From positions 27,156,001 through 27,220,000 of the forward strand of contig CM022665.1 of assembly GCA_012295275.1 (NCBI GenBank): 64,000 bases of DNA, written 5' to 3'. This stretch comes from Chrysomallon squamiferum. Taxonomy: Eukaryota; Animalia; Mollusca. Position 1 is the stretch's first letter. Every line of letters starts with the position of its first letter. Positions 44,601-55,816 of the stretch are shown here, one piece after another. The notes beneath the pieces were generated by a model. It was given only the letters and a program-made list of their open reading frames with translations. It was not told the origin of the DNA and searched no databases. Position numbers and translations under genes: made by a program.

Positions 44601-47098
44601 ATCTTTCAAACATATGTTGACAGATGTGTATAAATTGTAGTTGTTTGAATGTGTTTAACATTTACCTACCTCAGTGTACATTCTGATATAACCTGTGGAA
44701 AAGCCAACAATAATACAAGTCCAGTCGGGAGCTCCATGTGTGCTTCTGTCAATGACAATTAACATTCACTTAACTGACAGTCTAGAACAACTTAACACTG
44801 TAATGGCTATATATAAGATCTACAAATGTAATTAAAATTTAACTAAATTTGAAAATTGGTATTAGCAAATTCTATGTTCTTAAAGCAATCTTTGGCAAAT
44901 AACATTATTTGAACAAACAAACTAATTTCAAGCTTAAATATATTGGTTTAAATTCCTGCAAAACTTATTTTAATCAAACCCAAAATATGTTGGAAAAGGA
45001 AAACAAAACAATTTTTGTTATTATTTTTTTTACCTTTTCTGTGAAGCCAACGGCAGGCACAAAACACAGTTTATAACTTCTCTGAAATCAAAACCATAAT
45101 GAATTTCAATAACAGGTTTCACATGAATTTATTAAATCAAAAAAAAAATTAAAAATTACTACTACTACTACTACTACTAATAATAATAATAATAAATAAA
45201 TAAATACTTGATTAAACTAAATAATTTAGCTAAAATATAACAGTAAAGGTAGCATCTATGCCTAAGTTAACTGCAATGACATATTTGTTATTTGTAATTT
45301 TGAAAATCCTATGCAATAAAAAGCTTACCCTTCATCCTGACTTAAACAGCTCTGCCAAGCAATGGAATACTTGGTATCCATGTCTTCATTTTTATGGCTT
45401 GGATCCCATTTTTCTGTCAAAGTTATTTAAGTACACAATAGAAATAAAATGGAAGTACAAGATAAAAAAATAAAATTTAAATAAATAAACAGATAAATAA
45501 AACAAGATTAGTAAAATACATATAAAACAAAGTTAAAGTGAGAGTACAATCTTGAAAATGTAACAACTAATTTAAGACTTATAAAATATGTGCAATCTAC
45601 TGACAAAAAAAAAAAAAAAAGTTATATAAGGGAAAAAAACATACGTGTCAAAACACAGATTTTATCTCCCTGGGCAAAGGCAACCATGTCATTAGTGGGA
45701 GAGAGGGAAACAATACACTCCTGTAACCATCTGTGTTGACCACCATTGTTTGTATCAGCAACATTGGTTGTATCTCCACCTTCAATAGCAACATCATCTT
45801 CATTCCACTCCCAGTCAGCATCCCAGTTGTCTGATTCTAAAATAAATATAAATACATTTGTTACAAAAAATCGTAACAAAAATAGCAATATCTAAGGTAA
45901 TAAATAATGCTAATAAGTAATTATGCACATTATTTGGGTTAATCTTTCTTCTTTTGTATCTTTATCTTTTCTAACAAGTTATAGCAATTTATGCAAATGT
46001 AAAATGAAAACTACAGTGCAAAAGAAAAAGAATTAGAAGTTAACGTGGATCTGTTCAGTTCTGTTATTTTCTTCATAAAAATGTTTTGAGACTGTTATTT
46101 TTTTTTATGAATTAATTTTATTTTTATGTCAACACACGTATATATATATATGTATATATATATATACATATAAATATACATAGGATAATGTGATTCAGTA
46201 TCACCCTCAGTGCTGACAATTGTTGTGCATTAATATCCAAGTTTTGCAGATATTGATTTCTTAATGCTATTTAAAAACAAATGTTGAACTCTTTATCAGT
46301 TTCTGTGTCTTACATTGTTTTGTTGAAATGAAGAATTGCAAATAATGTATTGGCAGGAATAAGATAACAGATATTCATATTCATTTGTAATATTCAGGCA
46401 ATGGATAATGCTAGAAAATAGTAAAACAAATAAAAATGATCTTAATGACTTGTCCCTTCATTTATACATCATTCAGAAAAGAGTAAAATTTCTGCACACA
46501 CTGTTCTATGGATCCAAAGCAGACCTTCATGAATTCTTTTCTTGTATTGTTTCAGTGTTTTCTTTACCTTTTTAATCTGTCAGAATTCCTGATTATTTCT
46601 AAAGTTTCCATATTCTGTTAATATAATTTTGCAAACTAAAACTCAGTTACAAGACATGGCTGATAATTCAGTTGGACATTTAATTATGTTAATGTCATAT
46701 TCCCGTTTGTTTGCTGTTTCTTCTTTTAACTCCCAACCACAGATACTATAATTATTACAACTCAGTAACTTACTAAGGTGATGACAAAACATATTGACTT
46801 TATTAAATCATTTCGTCACGTGATTTATGTATTGTGCATACACGCATTACTCTTTCTTTCCTTTATTATTATTAATTTTTTCCCCCTACATCCATTTTCG
46901 TCCTGATTCCAAGTAACAGGTTACAATATAACAATCCGTTACCAGTTACAAATAAATAAATTATAAATTACCTTCCGCATTTGGTGACTCTCCTTCAGAC
47001 TCCTTATCAGGAGTCTTACCCCGAATAAAAGGAAACAGAAATTTTTTCACCGTTGAAATATCATGAAATCGGGACAACACCGTCAGCTGACACGACAT
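29345..47098 (-). CDS. RAB3GAP2: Rab3 GTPase-activating protein non-catalytic subunit, 34 coding exons, ~1419 aa
   Basis: Exons 47098-46972, 45836-45645, 45413-45329, 45081-45034, 44745-44670, 44436-44335, 43997-43898, 43577-43476, 43132-42984, 42823-42744, 42548-42459, 42026-41887, 41621-41494, 41093-40894, 40540-40458, 40335-40271, 40018-39928, 39589-39447, 38919-38676, 38241-38144, 37670-37574, 37194-37034, 36365-36140, 35707-35531, 35165-35059, 34524-34458, 34082-34012, 33842-33807, 33426-33352, 31504-31292, 30867-30778, 30456-30187, 29983-29825, 29512-29345 (4260 nt, all GT-AG, in frame). Motifs: [66 protein letters not shown]. Confidence 0.95.
29568..29606. repeat. (TG)n microsatellite
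   Basis: Pure TG run in the last RAB3GAP2 intron. Confidence 0.95.
32554..32604 (-). other. Candidate in-frame 51-nt cassette exon of RAB3GAP2 ([17 protein letters not shown])
   Basis: CCCTCATCTTCAG|GCC...TTA|GTAAGA. It is phase 0/0 inside a phase-0 intron, has no stop codon, and forms a GC-richer island in AT-rich intron. Confidence 0.45.
32700..32940. repeat. Degenerate minisatellite, about 4 units of 50-75 bp
   Basis: Recurring TGAAAA(G/A)GACC..T.TAAAAC(T)AA.AAA.TAAT core near 32709, 32783, 32850 and 32899. Confidence 0.6.
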
Positions 47099-47300
47099 TA
47101 CAATTAGTTAGTGTCTCGCAACCGTCTGTAAAACTATGCACAAGTTAACTCCAAAATTATTACGCGTCAGCCATGTTTGTTGCATTTATACCACCGGAAC
47201 TAGCTGTCTGCTCAAAACATAGCTTAACTAAGAAAATGTTGTGATATTCCAGAATAGAAGTGTTTCGATGGCGTTGAATACGAATATATTTTGAATTAGG
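47099..47300 (-). promoter_or_regulatory. RAB3GAP2 proximal promoter / 5' UTR
   Basis: CpG-retaining region upstream of the ATG. YY1-like AACATGGC on the minus strand (47170-47177) and ETS-like ACCGGAAC (47193-47200). Confidence 0.45.
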
Positions 47301-49098
47301 TGCTAAACGCAGTAGATAATTTTGTACAACCATTAAAATACACCTTTTTTTAAAAATGAATCTATTAAATTTACTATTAAAATAGTTACGTGATAAAAGA
47401 CTTAAGTGCGCTTAAAAGACTCAGGAAGGTTGTCCGATTGTTGTAGGCGCTGTTGCTTACCTTGAACAGGGTTCCCTCACTCGCATTTCTGTTTCATCAT
47501 TATGTTTTCCATAATTTCAAAAACGAAATATATCGTAAGACATTGTACATATTCAGTTTCATTACACTTACAGTATTCGTTTTTTGACATGTCATCTTTG
47601 ATAAATAATGGAGAATCAACAAATTTACCGTTTCAAAATGATCATCGTATGTCCAAGGCACGCCTACTTGAGACTTTAAATCATATAAAAATCACAAATT
47701 TTGCATTTCTCTCATAGTCTGCCAAATTTCATACAAATATTTAGGATAGCAGATGGTTATTTTTTGGATACCAAAATGAGTGGTGTGCTCAGCAAATGAC
47801 GCGGTCACATCCGATGTCTTAAAAGTTCAATGTTTCGTTAACTGTATTAAGTGACCGAGTATTTATATGGAAAATGCAAAGGATATGTGGTATGATCTTC
47901 TAAACCTATGAAAAACTCTATTTTTAGATATAATTCAGGCACAATATTTTTTTTTTTTTTTTTTTTTTTTGAAATGTTAGATCTGTATAATGCAGGCATA
48001 AGGCAAATTAACACTAACTTATGCAATTAACTGGTAAAAAATAAATGTTAGCAAAATACTGGAATATGTAAAGGCCCCTACAATTCATCAGTCTTGAAAA
48101 ATGAACTGTTTGTATATTGGTTTAATTTCTATTAGTTTTTGACAATTACATAATTAAAGCTAATTAATAAACATTCTCGAGTATTAGCAGTTTGCTTAAT
48201 ACTGTACACCTTTACAACTCATCAAAAACTTCATTTTGATTTATAATACATGTATATTGGATTAAAGCTATGTGAAATAGTAGTATTCAGTGTTTGTGTT
48301 GCATAATGACAGAAACGAATCACAGATTTTTTTTTCTCTTTCTAAATATATATAATGTTTTAGGAAAATTATATGTTTGAAAATTTTGTCAAATACCTAA
48401 ATAAAACATCAAGTTGAGAAACTTGGTTGTTTTTATATCAGTTTGCCACATCTTATAAATTGGCATTATGATACACATTAACTAAGTTGTAAAAAACAAA
48501 GTAAACCTTTGCATGTAAATTAATATACACGAAAATAAGATGACGAAGAAAATAAAATATAGATAAATTGACAGACTAACTGACAAAATAGTCAATCAAA
48601 ACTATGAACGTTTTTTTTTTGTTTTTTTTTTGTATAATAACAAAATGTTGAAATTTCGTATCTAATAACAGCACAGAAACGAAATACAACTTTTATTTAT
48701 CAATAAGTAGATATAAATTTCAGCTGATGTTCTTGGCAATATGATCATTTGCATGAAATGTCTCCCCGATTCAGCGAATGCCTGTTATGTGTAATAATTA
48801 GGCCTATTTGCAAGTAGGATAAAATTTCGCTTGTACTGATAAATGCTTTAATACATTAATTGCATGTACAAGCAAAATTTATTTTATATAACTTCTTCCA
48901 ATCATTTTACTTAAAATATCTACGTCACTGGTTGAAATTATTACGTATGTAGCTAAACAGGATTCGATTCAGGACCCGAACAGTCACTTGCAAAATCTGA
49001 GCTAGAAGTTTATCAAGATTCAGAATAACCTTCCTCATTCATTTCTGAAAACAGTGATAATTATGAAGTGAGTAAACATATTACAATTCTTTTATACA

Positions 49099-49122
49099 AT
49101 AATAATAATAATAATAATAATA

Positions 49123-49177
<55 letters not shown>
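49099..49177. repeat. Compound inverted microsatellite (AAT)n-(ATT)n
   Basis: An AAT run switches directly to its reverse complement ATT, so the tract is self-complementary. Confidence 0.9.
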
Positions 49178-49179
<2 letters not shown>

Positions 49180-49629
49180 TTTGAAATGTCTATGTCATGG
49201 AATTTATTTGCGATGTTTTGATTATTTGCTCTATTTTGTTGCAACGGATACTTTCGTAGCACAGGCGATTTTTATGTGTGCGTATATATGTGTAAAATTA
49301 TTTTGAAGAGCTATATTGTGAAATGAAAGACTAATTTGGTATTTCATAATTTGAAAACGAATGTTATTTTCGATTTTTTTATTTTGACACAAGTTCACAG
49401 TAAACAGATATAATTAAAGGCAGCTACATTTTTTAAATTTATTTATTTGCTATGTTAAAAATATTTAGGTTTCGATATCACTAAAAAGTAATGCTTACAC
49501 GTATATTTAACAAGTGACGTAATAAACAATGTTATTTCAATTAAACTATAATAACTGTCTTTATATATCTCTTATTTTACAAGGGGAATTAGATATATCA
49601 TCATCACCATCATTATTATATGGTGATTT

Positions 49630-50395
49630 CAGTGCCGGATTAACAACGTAGCAGATGTAATAAATGCTATGGGCCCCGCGCTTTCAGGGGCTGGGTGGAT
49701 CTTCTTTTTCTTTTTTTTGTTTTTCTTTTTGTTTCATCAAAATATCTTCGTTTGAAGACACTGAAAAAAAAAAAAAAAAAAACAAGCAATTAACAAATTC
49801 TGCTGAATATCGGCAAGACATATAGAGGGTGCGCTAACCCAATCGTAAATATGATATGAGAAAATCAGTTACAAGTTTGGCTTCTTGCGATGTTCGAGGA
49901 GCAACTGTCAAAATCGGCGATTGCTCTCATTAACAAGTATACAAATGATCTAGAGGCCAGTCTGGCAAACGAACTTCTACATCTCGTGCCACTTCTCAAC
50001 ACGTAGTTTGGCAAGCGGGCTACGACAACTGATCCGAGTGCTTCTCAGTCAGATGCTGCAGCTGTTGATGAGGACGACACGGCGATGACAGGCGGCGAGG
50101 CACTGAGGCTGCTCATGTACCGTCCCATCAGAGATCACAACATGAAATTATGTTTTCCTAATATTGAAATAATGCTACGCATGTAGTTGTGTTTGAAGGT
50201 TACAAACTGCACGGGGGAGCGTTCGTTTTCCAAACTGCGCCGCATAAAAAAAATGAACAAAGAACGACGGTGGGAGAAAAACGTTTAAATATGCTGTCGT
50301 TGATGAAGAACGAATGCGAGTTGTTGAGAGTAGTTGACACTACTTCCATTATAAAAGACTTTGCTCGTATAACATCTCGAAGGCGCGATATATAA
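49630..50395 (+). mobile_element. Degenerate, internally deleted hAT transposon (ZMYM1-like/Tip100-type): left end plus pseudogenised C-terminal dimerisation domain
   Basis: Left end CAGTGCCGGATTAAC with subterminal GGGCCCC. Translation across a stop (TAG 50184-50186) and a frameshift (A-run 50246-50253) gives CFPNIEIMLRM*LCLKVTNCTGERSFSKLRRIK/NEQRTTVGEKRLNMLSLM..E, the hATC signature. No right TIR found. Confidence 0.85.
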
Positions 50396-51151
50396 CTTAA
50401 TCTGAGCCTCAATCACACTTGTCTACTGACCTCAACTTTGACCGTCGGTTTCAGGGCATACATGCAGTTGCATTATAGTTTAATGGCATTTGCACTGGTT
50501 TTTAATACTGTTGGCAAGATTCCTTTTGTTTCGACAACACATCTGACTGATTATTCAAACATTAAGGTGTGTTTATGTTGTATGTAAAGCTATGATATGA
50601 GGTGTGGAAAGCGTTTACTTTTGTAACTAGCCAGTAGTTTTATTTCTAAACTGAATATTTATGAAAGCCCATTTTAAGAAATGCGTGCGCGCCTGCCACT
50701 TCATACACACCGGAAGAAAATCTGTGGGAAATTTAACAATATAAGTAATCACTGTTACGAGAGCAACTATAAAAGCGAAGGATAGTTTGGATGCGGCATA
50801 TAATTACAGTTTCAACTTTATCAGATTATCCCATTACGTGTGTGTGCGTGTATGTACGCGCGTGTGCGTATGTGTGTGATAATCAAAATGGAAATTAAAT
50901 TATATCATACAATACAGATTTACTGTCACGGGCAGAGTTAAAATATCGATATGGCTTTTATTGTATTGATGCACTGTAATAACACTATAGTTAGATAGTC
51001 ATTGTTTAGGCATTTTTCGCAGTATTCAAAATTTCTAATAAATAATAATCAATTTAATGCTTAGGATTTGTAAGTTGTTATATCCCCCACCCCCTTCATA
51101 AAAAAATATATATAAATAACTGCTTTCCCCACTTAAATACGTGAAGGAATC

Positions 51152-52717
51152 ATGACTTCACATATTGTTTTGCCAATGACGTTTATGTGTGTAGCGACAG
51201 GCATTAATTGTTTACGTCATCCTCTTAACGACAATGGTACATTTTCGTTTTATTTCAATATCGTGCGATCATTGTCAATGGGGCACACGCTGACCAGATT
51301 CAGACGATTAGGACATCGGTCACGTAGACATGTGGAGTGGAATATTGAAAGAAACGGGCAGCGAGAAAGGCCCTACCAAGTATACTGTAGACTTGTGGAT
51401 CCACCGGCTCGGCAGCCGCGAATAGATCCCAAATCTGGCTACACACAATTCTGGAAAAGCCCTTTTGAAAAAGAATCGAACACCCTTCCAGAAATCACCA
51501 CCATTCATGGTTCACCTAAACTTCAAGAAGTTGGCCATGTGATTGTTGTTTATGGCCAAGGTCATCAGTATGAAATAAGCGTGGAACCATCGGAAGAAGA
51601 AGTAACTGAAAGTATTGTAAGCCTGCATGAATGCCGTAACAAACTAAAACTTTTAGATGACCCGCTTAACCGCTGTGTTTGGGATGGGGGCGATGTTATG
51701 TCGGATTCCCCATCAAATACATCAACGGAACTTGATGATGCAGCTGGGTCATCGCAAATAAAGCGACGATTTTCATCAAGCAACGGCGATCCAGCAGCAG
51801 AAGAAATAAGCATCATCCAAGAACATTCAACAAATCCTTGGCCAATATGGATTGTTCCCATGGATAATTACCCCCCTTTTCTCCAACCGTTTATCAATAA
51901 ACCCTGTCGACTATATTTAAAATATGCAAATTCAAATGTTGCACCTCACACGATGGAAAAAACTACAGAAGCGATATATTTGATGCAGAATGTAAAATTT
52001 CTTAAAGTTCAGTTTATGCAGCAATCGTTAAGCAACAATCAAATGAGAATTTCAATTGAAGAAAGCCACAGAGCTAAACGTGGCAGAAAGAAAGGCTGTT
52101 TCAGACCAATGTATTGTAAAACTATTATAATAGACTGCGAAAACTTTAGACTCACTGCAATTGGTAAGTTTACGGAAAAATACTGATAATTACTTTATTA
52201 TATTATTTTTCATTTAATTTCGGCTGGATATTTAAATTGTCATACATTTTTGACGGTTATAGATGCTTTATTCTCTTTCGATTCAGCATTATATAAGAAG
52301 GAAAAACACTATGATTGTTGTGTATGCATTTTTCTTAATGTCTTTCTTTCATTATTTTGAAGATTGAGAAATAAGTAATAAATAAATTGAGAAATAAGTA
52401 ATACATAAAAGCAGTACAGAGATTTAAATAATAATAATAATAATAATAATAAAAATGTTCTTCATTAGTATAAAATTAATGTTTTTCTTCAAACCAGCTT
52501 ACAGAGCTTCGAATACAAAAGTAATATTTTTAGATAATATCTTTTTTTCCCGTCTTTCTTTTTTTCTTTTTTTTTTAACTGAAGTTTTTTAATTCTATGC
52601 ATTAAATAAATGAAAAGTGAAAGAAAATAGTTCAAGCCACCCTCCTCTCGCAGGACTTATTTATTTATTTATTTATTTAACGTTTACTCGATAAACAACG
52701 CTCATGTCAGTATGCAA

Positions 52718-52760
<43 letters not shown>

Positions 52761-52953
52761 TGGAGGGACAGAACTGCTAATTCACGTACAACCATTGATT
52801 CGTTTATACTACTGACTTCTGCTTGCTTCTTCAGCCGTTATTATTACAAGTTTTATATTTAAAATAGGCGAGGCAATAAAAGACTTTCAAATGTTGATAC
52901 CATTGCGTACTTTTGTGAATTTATTTAGTTATTTTTGTTGTTCTTGCTATTGC

Positions 52954-52997
<44 letters not shown>

Positions 52998-53254
52998 GTG
53001 GTGGTGGTAGTGTTGTTGTTGTTGTTGTTGTTCCTATTATACATACATCTGCAGGTGAAGAATTTTTGCTGCAACTGCAACCTCCGCGGGAAAATCAATC
53101 ACCTACCAATTTTCCGGACAGCAACGGAGAATTGCCCAAACTGTGGGGCTACTACGTGAGAGAGCTGGACACCAATCCTAACATATCTTTGGAGTGGACA
53201 GCGTGTCTGTGGAAGTGGTATAACAGCACAGAACAGTACAGAATCGACAGCTGA
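51152..53254 (+). CDS. Uncharacterised protein, 2 coding exons (51152-52163, 53055-53254), ~403 aa, or 361 aa from MGHTLT at 51278
   Basis: A 1-kb ORF with coding-like composition ends at a strong donor ATTG|GTAAGT (phase 1). Acceptor CTGCAG|GT at 53055 continues in frame (…LTAIGEEFLLQLQPP…LWGYYVRELD…WKWYNSTEQYRIDS*). No family confidently recognised. Confidence 0.75.
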
Positions 53255-54929
53255 GCATGATGTCAGGAAATGCAGGATGCTGTGGATGCAGTTGTCTAGA
53301 AAATGCCCTTGCAGTTGCACTGGTCTGTGCAATTGTCTACCACAATTTCTGCTGCTCACGGATGAACCCAGTTTTAATGATCAATTTAATTATGCTAAGT
53401 GGCTTTTTCTGTTTGATGATGATGTTTCGTTAAAATGTAGTCTTCTCTCAATCATGTAAATTGTACTAAACATGTAACAGTCGCGGCTAGGCTTTTCCTT
53501 GTATTTTGTCATGTGAGGTTTGCAATATTTTGGAATTATGAAAATTGAATAGGGCTTAAGAATATGGGATTGTTACATTTATTTCAGCATCAAATGAAAA
53601 AGGAATAAACAAATTAAATATATACAAGGAATTATTATTTTAAAAAATTGCAAAATTATTATAACTTTTTAAAACTATTTTTAATTTATACTTAAAAATA
53701 TCTTTATCCATTCTAACCACATATATCTACAACATTACTTTGTTATTACTCGTGTACAATGGAATTTTATCTCAATTTGCATTTGAGTCACAAGCCAGCA
53801 ATTTAAGTCGGATAAAAGAATTAGGATTTAGGTTTGTAAGGCACAATATTATTTAAGTCAGAGATGTGTAGTAACTGGAACACCTTTAAGAAAGGCAAGA
53901 AAGGTTGATTTTAATCATCAAACTTATAAATAATTATATCTCTTTCTAAATCCGAAAGTTATTATTATTATTTATTATTATTATTATCGTTATTTTTTGA
54001 AACTGTAATTCGTTTTATTTATGAAGAACCATGTCTTGTCTAAATTTTTATAATAATAATAATAATTATTATTATTTAAATCAGGGAAGAATTTTTTTCC
54101 AGACACAGTGACTTAAATCTGTATGTTAAGAAAGTTGTAAAGAAACTTTATTATTCATGACCTAAAATAATTCTAAAAACCTAATGTCGGTTTTCATATG
54201 GGTTTCGATGGGTAAAGGTGACATTTAAAATTCTGTGAGTGCCGATATAAAATTTCTGCTTATTTGAGTTATCCTCTCATGCCATAATATATATTTAATA
54301 CAGTCAAAGAAAAAAAATGTTAAAAAATGTCGGCTTCAGTACAATAAAATTATTTTCCGTTGCGAGCTTTCTTTAATCTTTCATATATATATTTATTCCT
54401 TGTAATGCACACACACATATACAGGCATCCACCCACTCATTGTATATTTTCTTCATGCTATTAGAGCACTCTGTAATTTTTTTTTTTTATTTTTTTTATG
54501 AAGCTCTAAATATTCTCTTTATTTAGATCTACAAGTTTTAATGGTATCTTAGTATTTTGAATGTATGTATTTAATGTATTTACGTCTTTCTTTTACAATC
54601 AGTTGTAACTGAATTAATGAAAAATAAATGTTTTTGTACTAAAACTATTTATATATTGCATTTAGTTGTTTTTTCTTCTTCTTTAAAAAAAATAATAATA
54701 ATAAAAATATAAACAACAACAACAACAACAATAATGATAATAAAATACTTGATGTATTAAGGTAAGTACAACATTACAATAAATTTATATCTAACGTTAC
54801 CCTGTTAGCTTTATTCGCATAACTTTGTTAAAGTCAAAGGATGCGCTGATACAGTTAAGAAATAAAACAATGCTAAAGTCCAACTTTATCACAGTTACGT
54901 GGCAGAATTATTTATCTATTTATTTATTA

Positions 54930-54962
<33 letters not shown>

Positions 54963-55678
54963 TAAATCTTCGCCTGAGACGTAGTTAAAGCTTAAATTGA
55001 AACAAATTTGTGAGGTTTTTAGTCAAAAAAAAAAAAAAAAAAAAGGTAAAATGTTTTATATGACGCAAGAAATAATAAATAAAAAAATATATATAAAAAA
55101 AAAAAAATAAAAAAAAAATAAAAAAAAAAAAAAATTTAAAACTCTCAATAATCTACACTTACAAATGTTATTTTTAATTCTTATCATGAATACTTTACTT
55201 AACAACATGCAAGCCAACATGATTATTTTGGTCATGGTCACTTTATATATATATAAAGCCATTTATAATGAGAGTATATTAAAAACACGTGGACAAAAAT
55301 TGGGTGGATAATGAATTACGATGTAATAATACTTACAAAAGTTACATATAAATGGAGCAGAAGCTGAATTTGATTTGGATAAATTTTAAGACGTGATTTT
55401 AACAAGATGTTTTTCAGAGCCTGTTTGAATGTGGGAGCGGACATATATATATATATTTTTTTTTTTTTTTTCGGGAATCAGAAATAAATAAACTGCTCAA
55501 AAGCATCACAGATTTTACATTAAAGGCCTTCTCAATACAGTAACTAAATTATGCCGAGAAGTGATAAATAACTTTTGATGATTTATTAACCAAGATGATG
55601 CATAGACAGACAACGTATACGTAACAGGTTCCGTAATCATTTCAACCCATATTTAATCACTTTAAATAATAATTTTAT

Positions 55679-55816
55679 ATGGTTAAATCGACATCTTACG
55701 ACTCGAGTGATAATTTTGCTGTCAAACAGTATCTTGAAACAGAAGTGCGGAGGTTCAGGCTGAGGACGAATCGGCTTGATCAATTGATTTCTGACCTGAA
55801 GAGAAACCAGCTTTAG
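55679..55816 (+). CDS. Candidate small ORF, 45 aa (MVKSTSYDSSDNFAVKQYLETEVRRFRLRTNRLDQLISDLKRNQL)
   Basis: Complete ATG-to-TAG ORF occupying a GC/CpG-richer island. Charged, helical-looking sequence. No homology recognised. Confidence 0.25.
   Translation: MVKSTSYDSSDNFAVKQYLETEVRRFRLRTNRLDQLISDLKRNQL

Noticed and set aside
50189-50412. ORFs 50189..50395 and 50200..50412 as genes
   Set aside because: Pieces of the frameshifted hAT transposase remnant and its antisense.
51320-51861. Antisense ORFs within the orphan gene
   Set aside because: Short shadow ORFs of the plus-strand coding exon.
52935-53054. Poly-Leu/Val signal-peptide-like ORF start
   Set aside because: Intronic TTA/GTG/TTG microsatellite upstream of the true acceptor at 53054.
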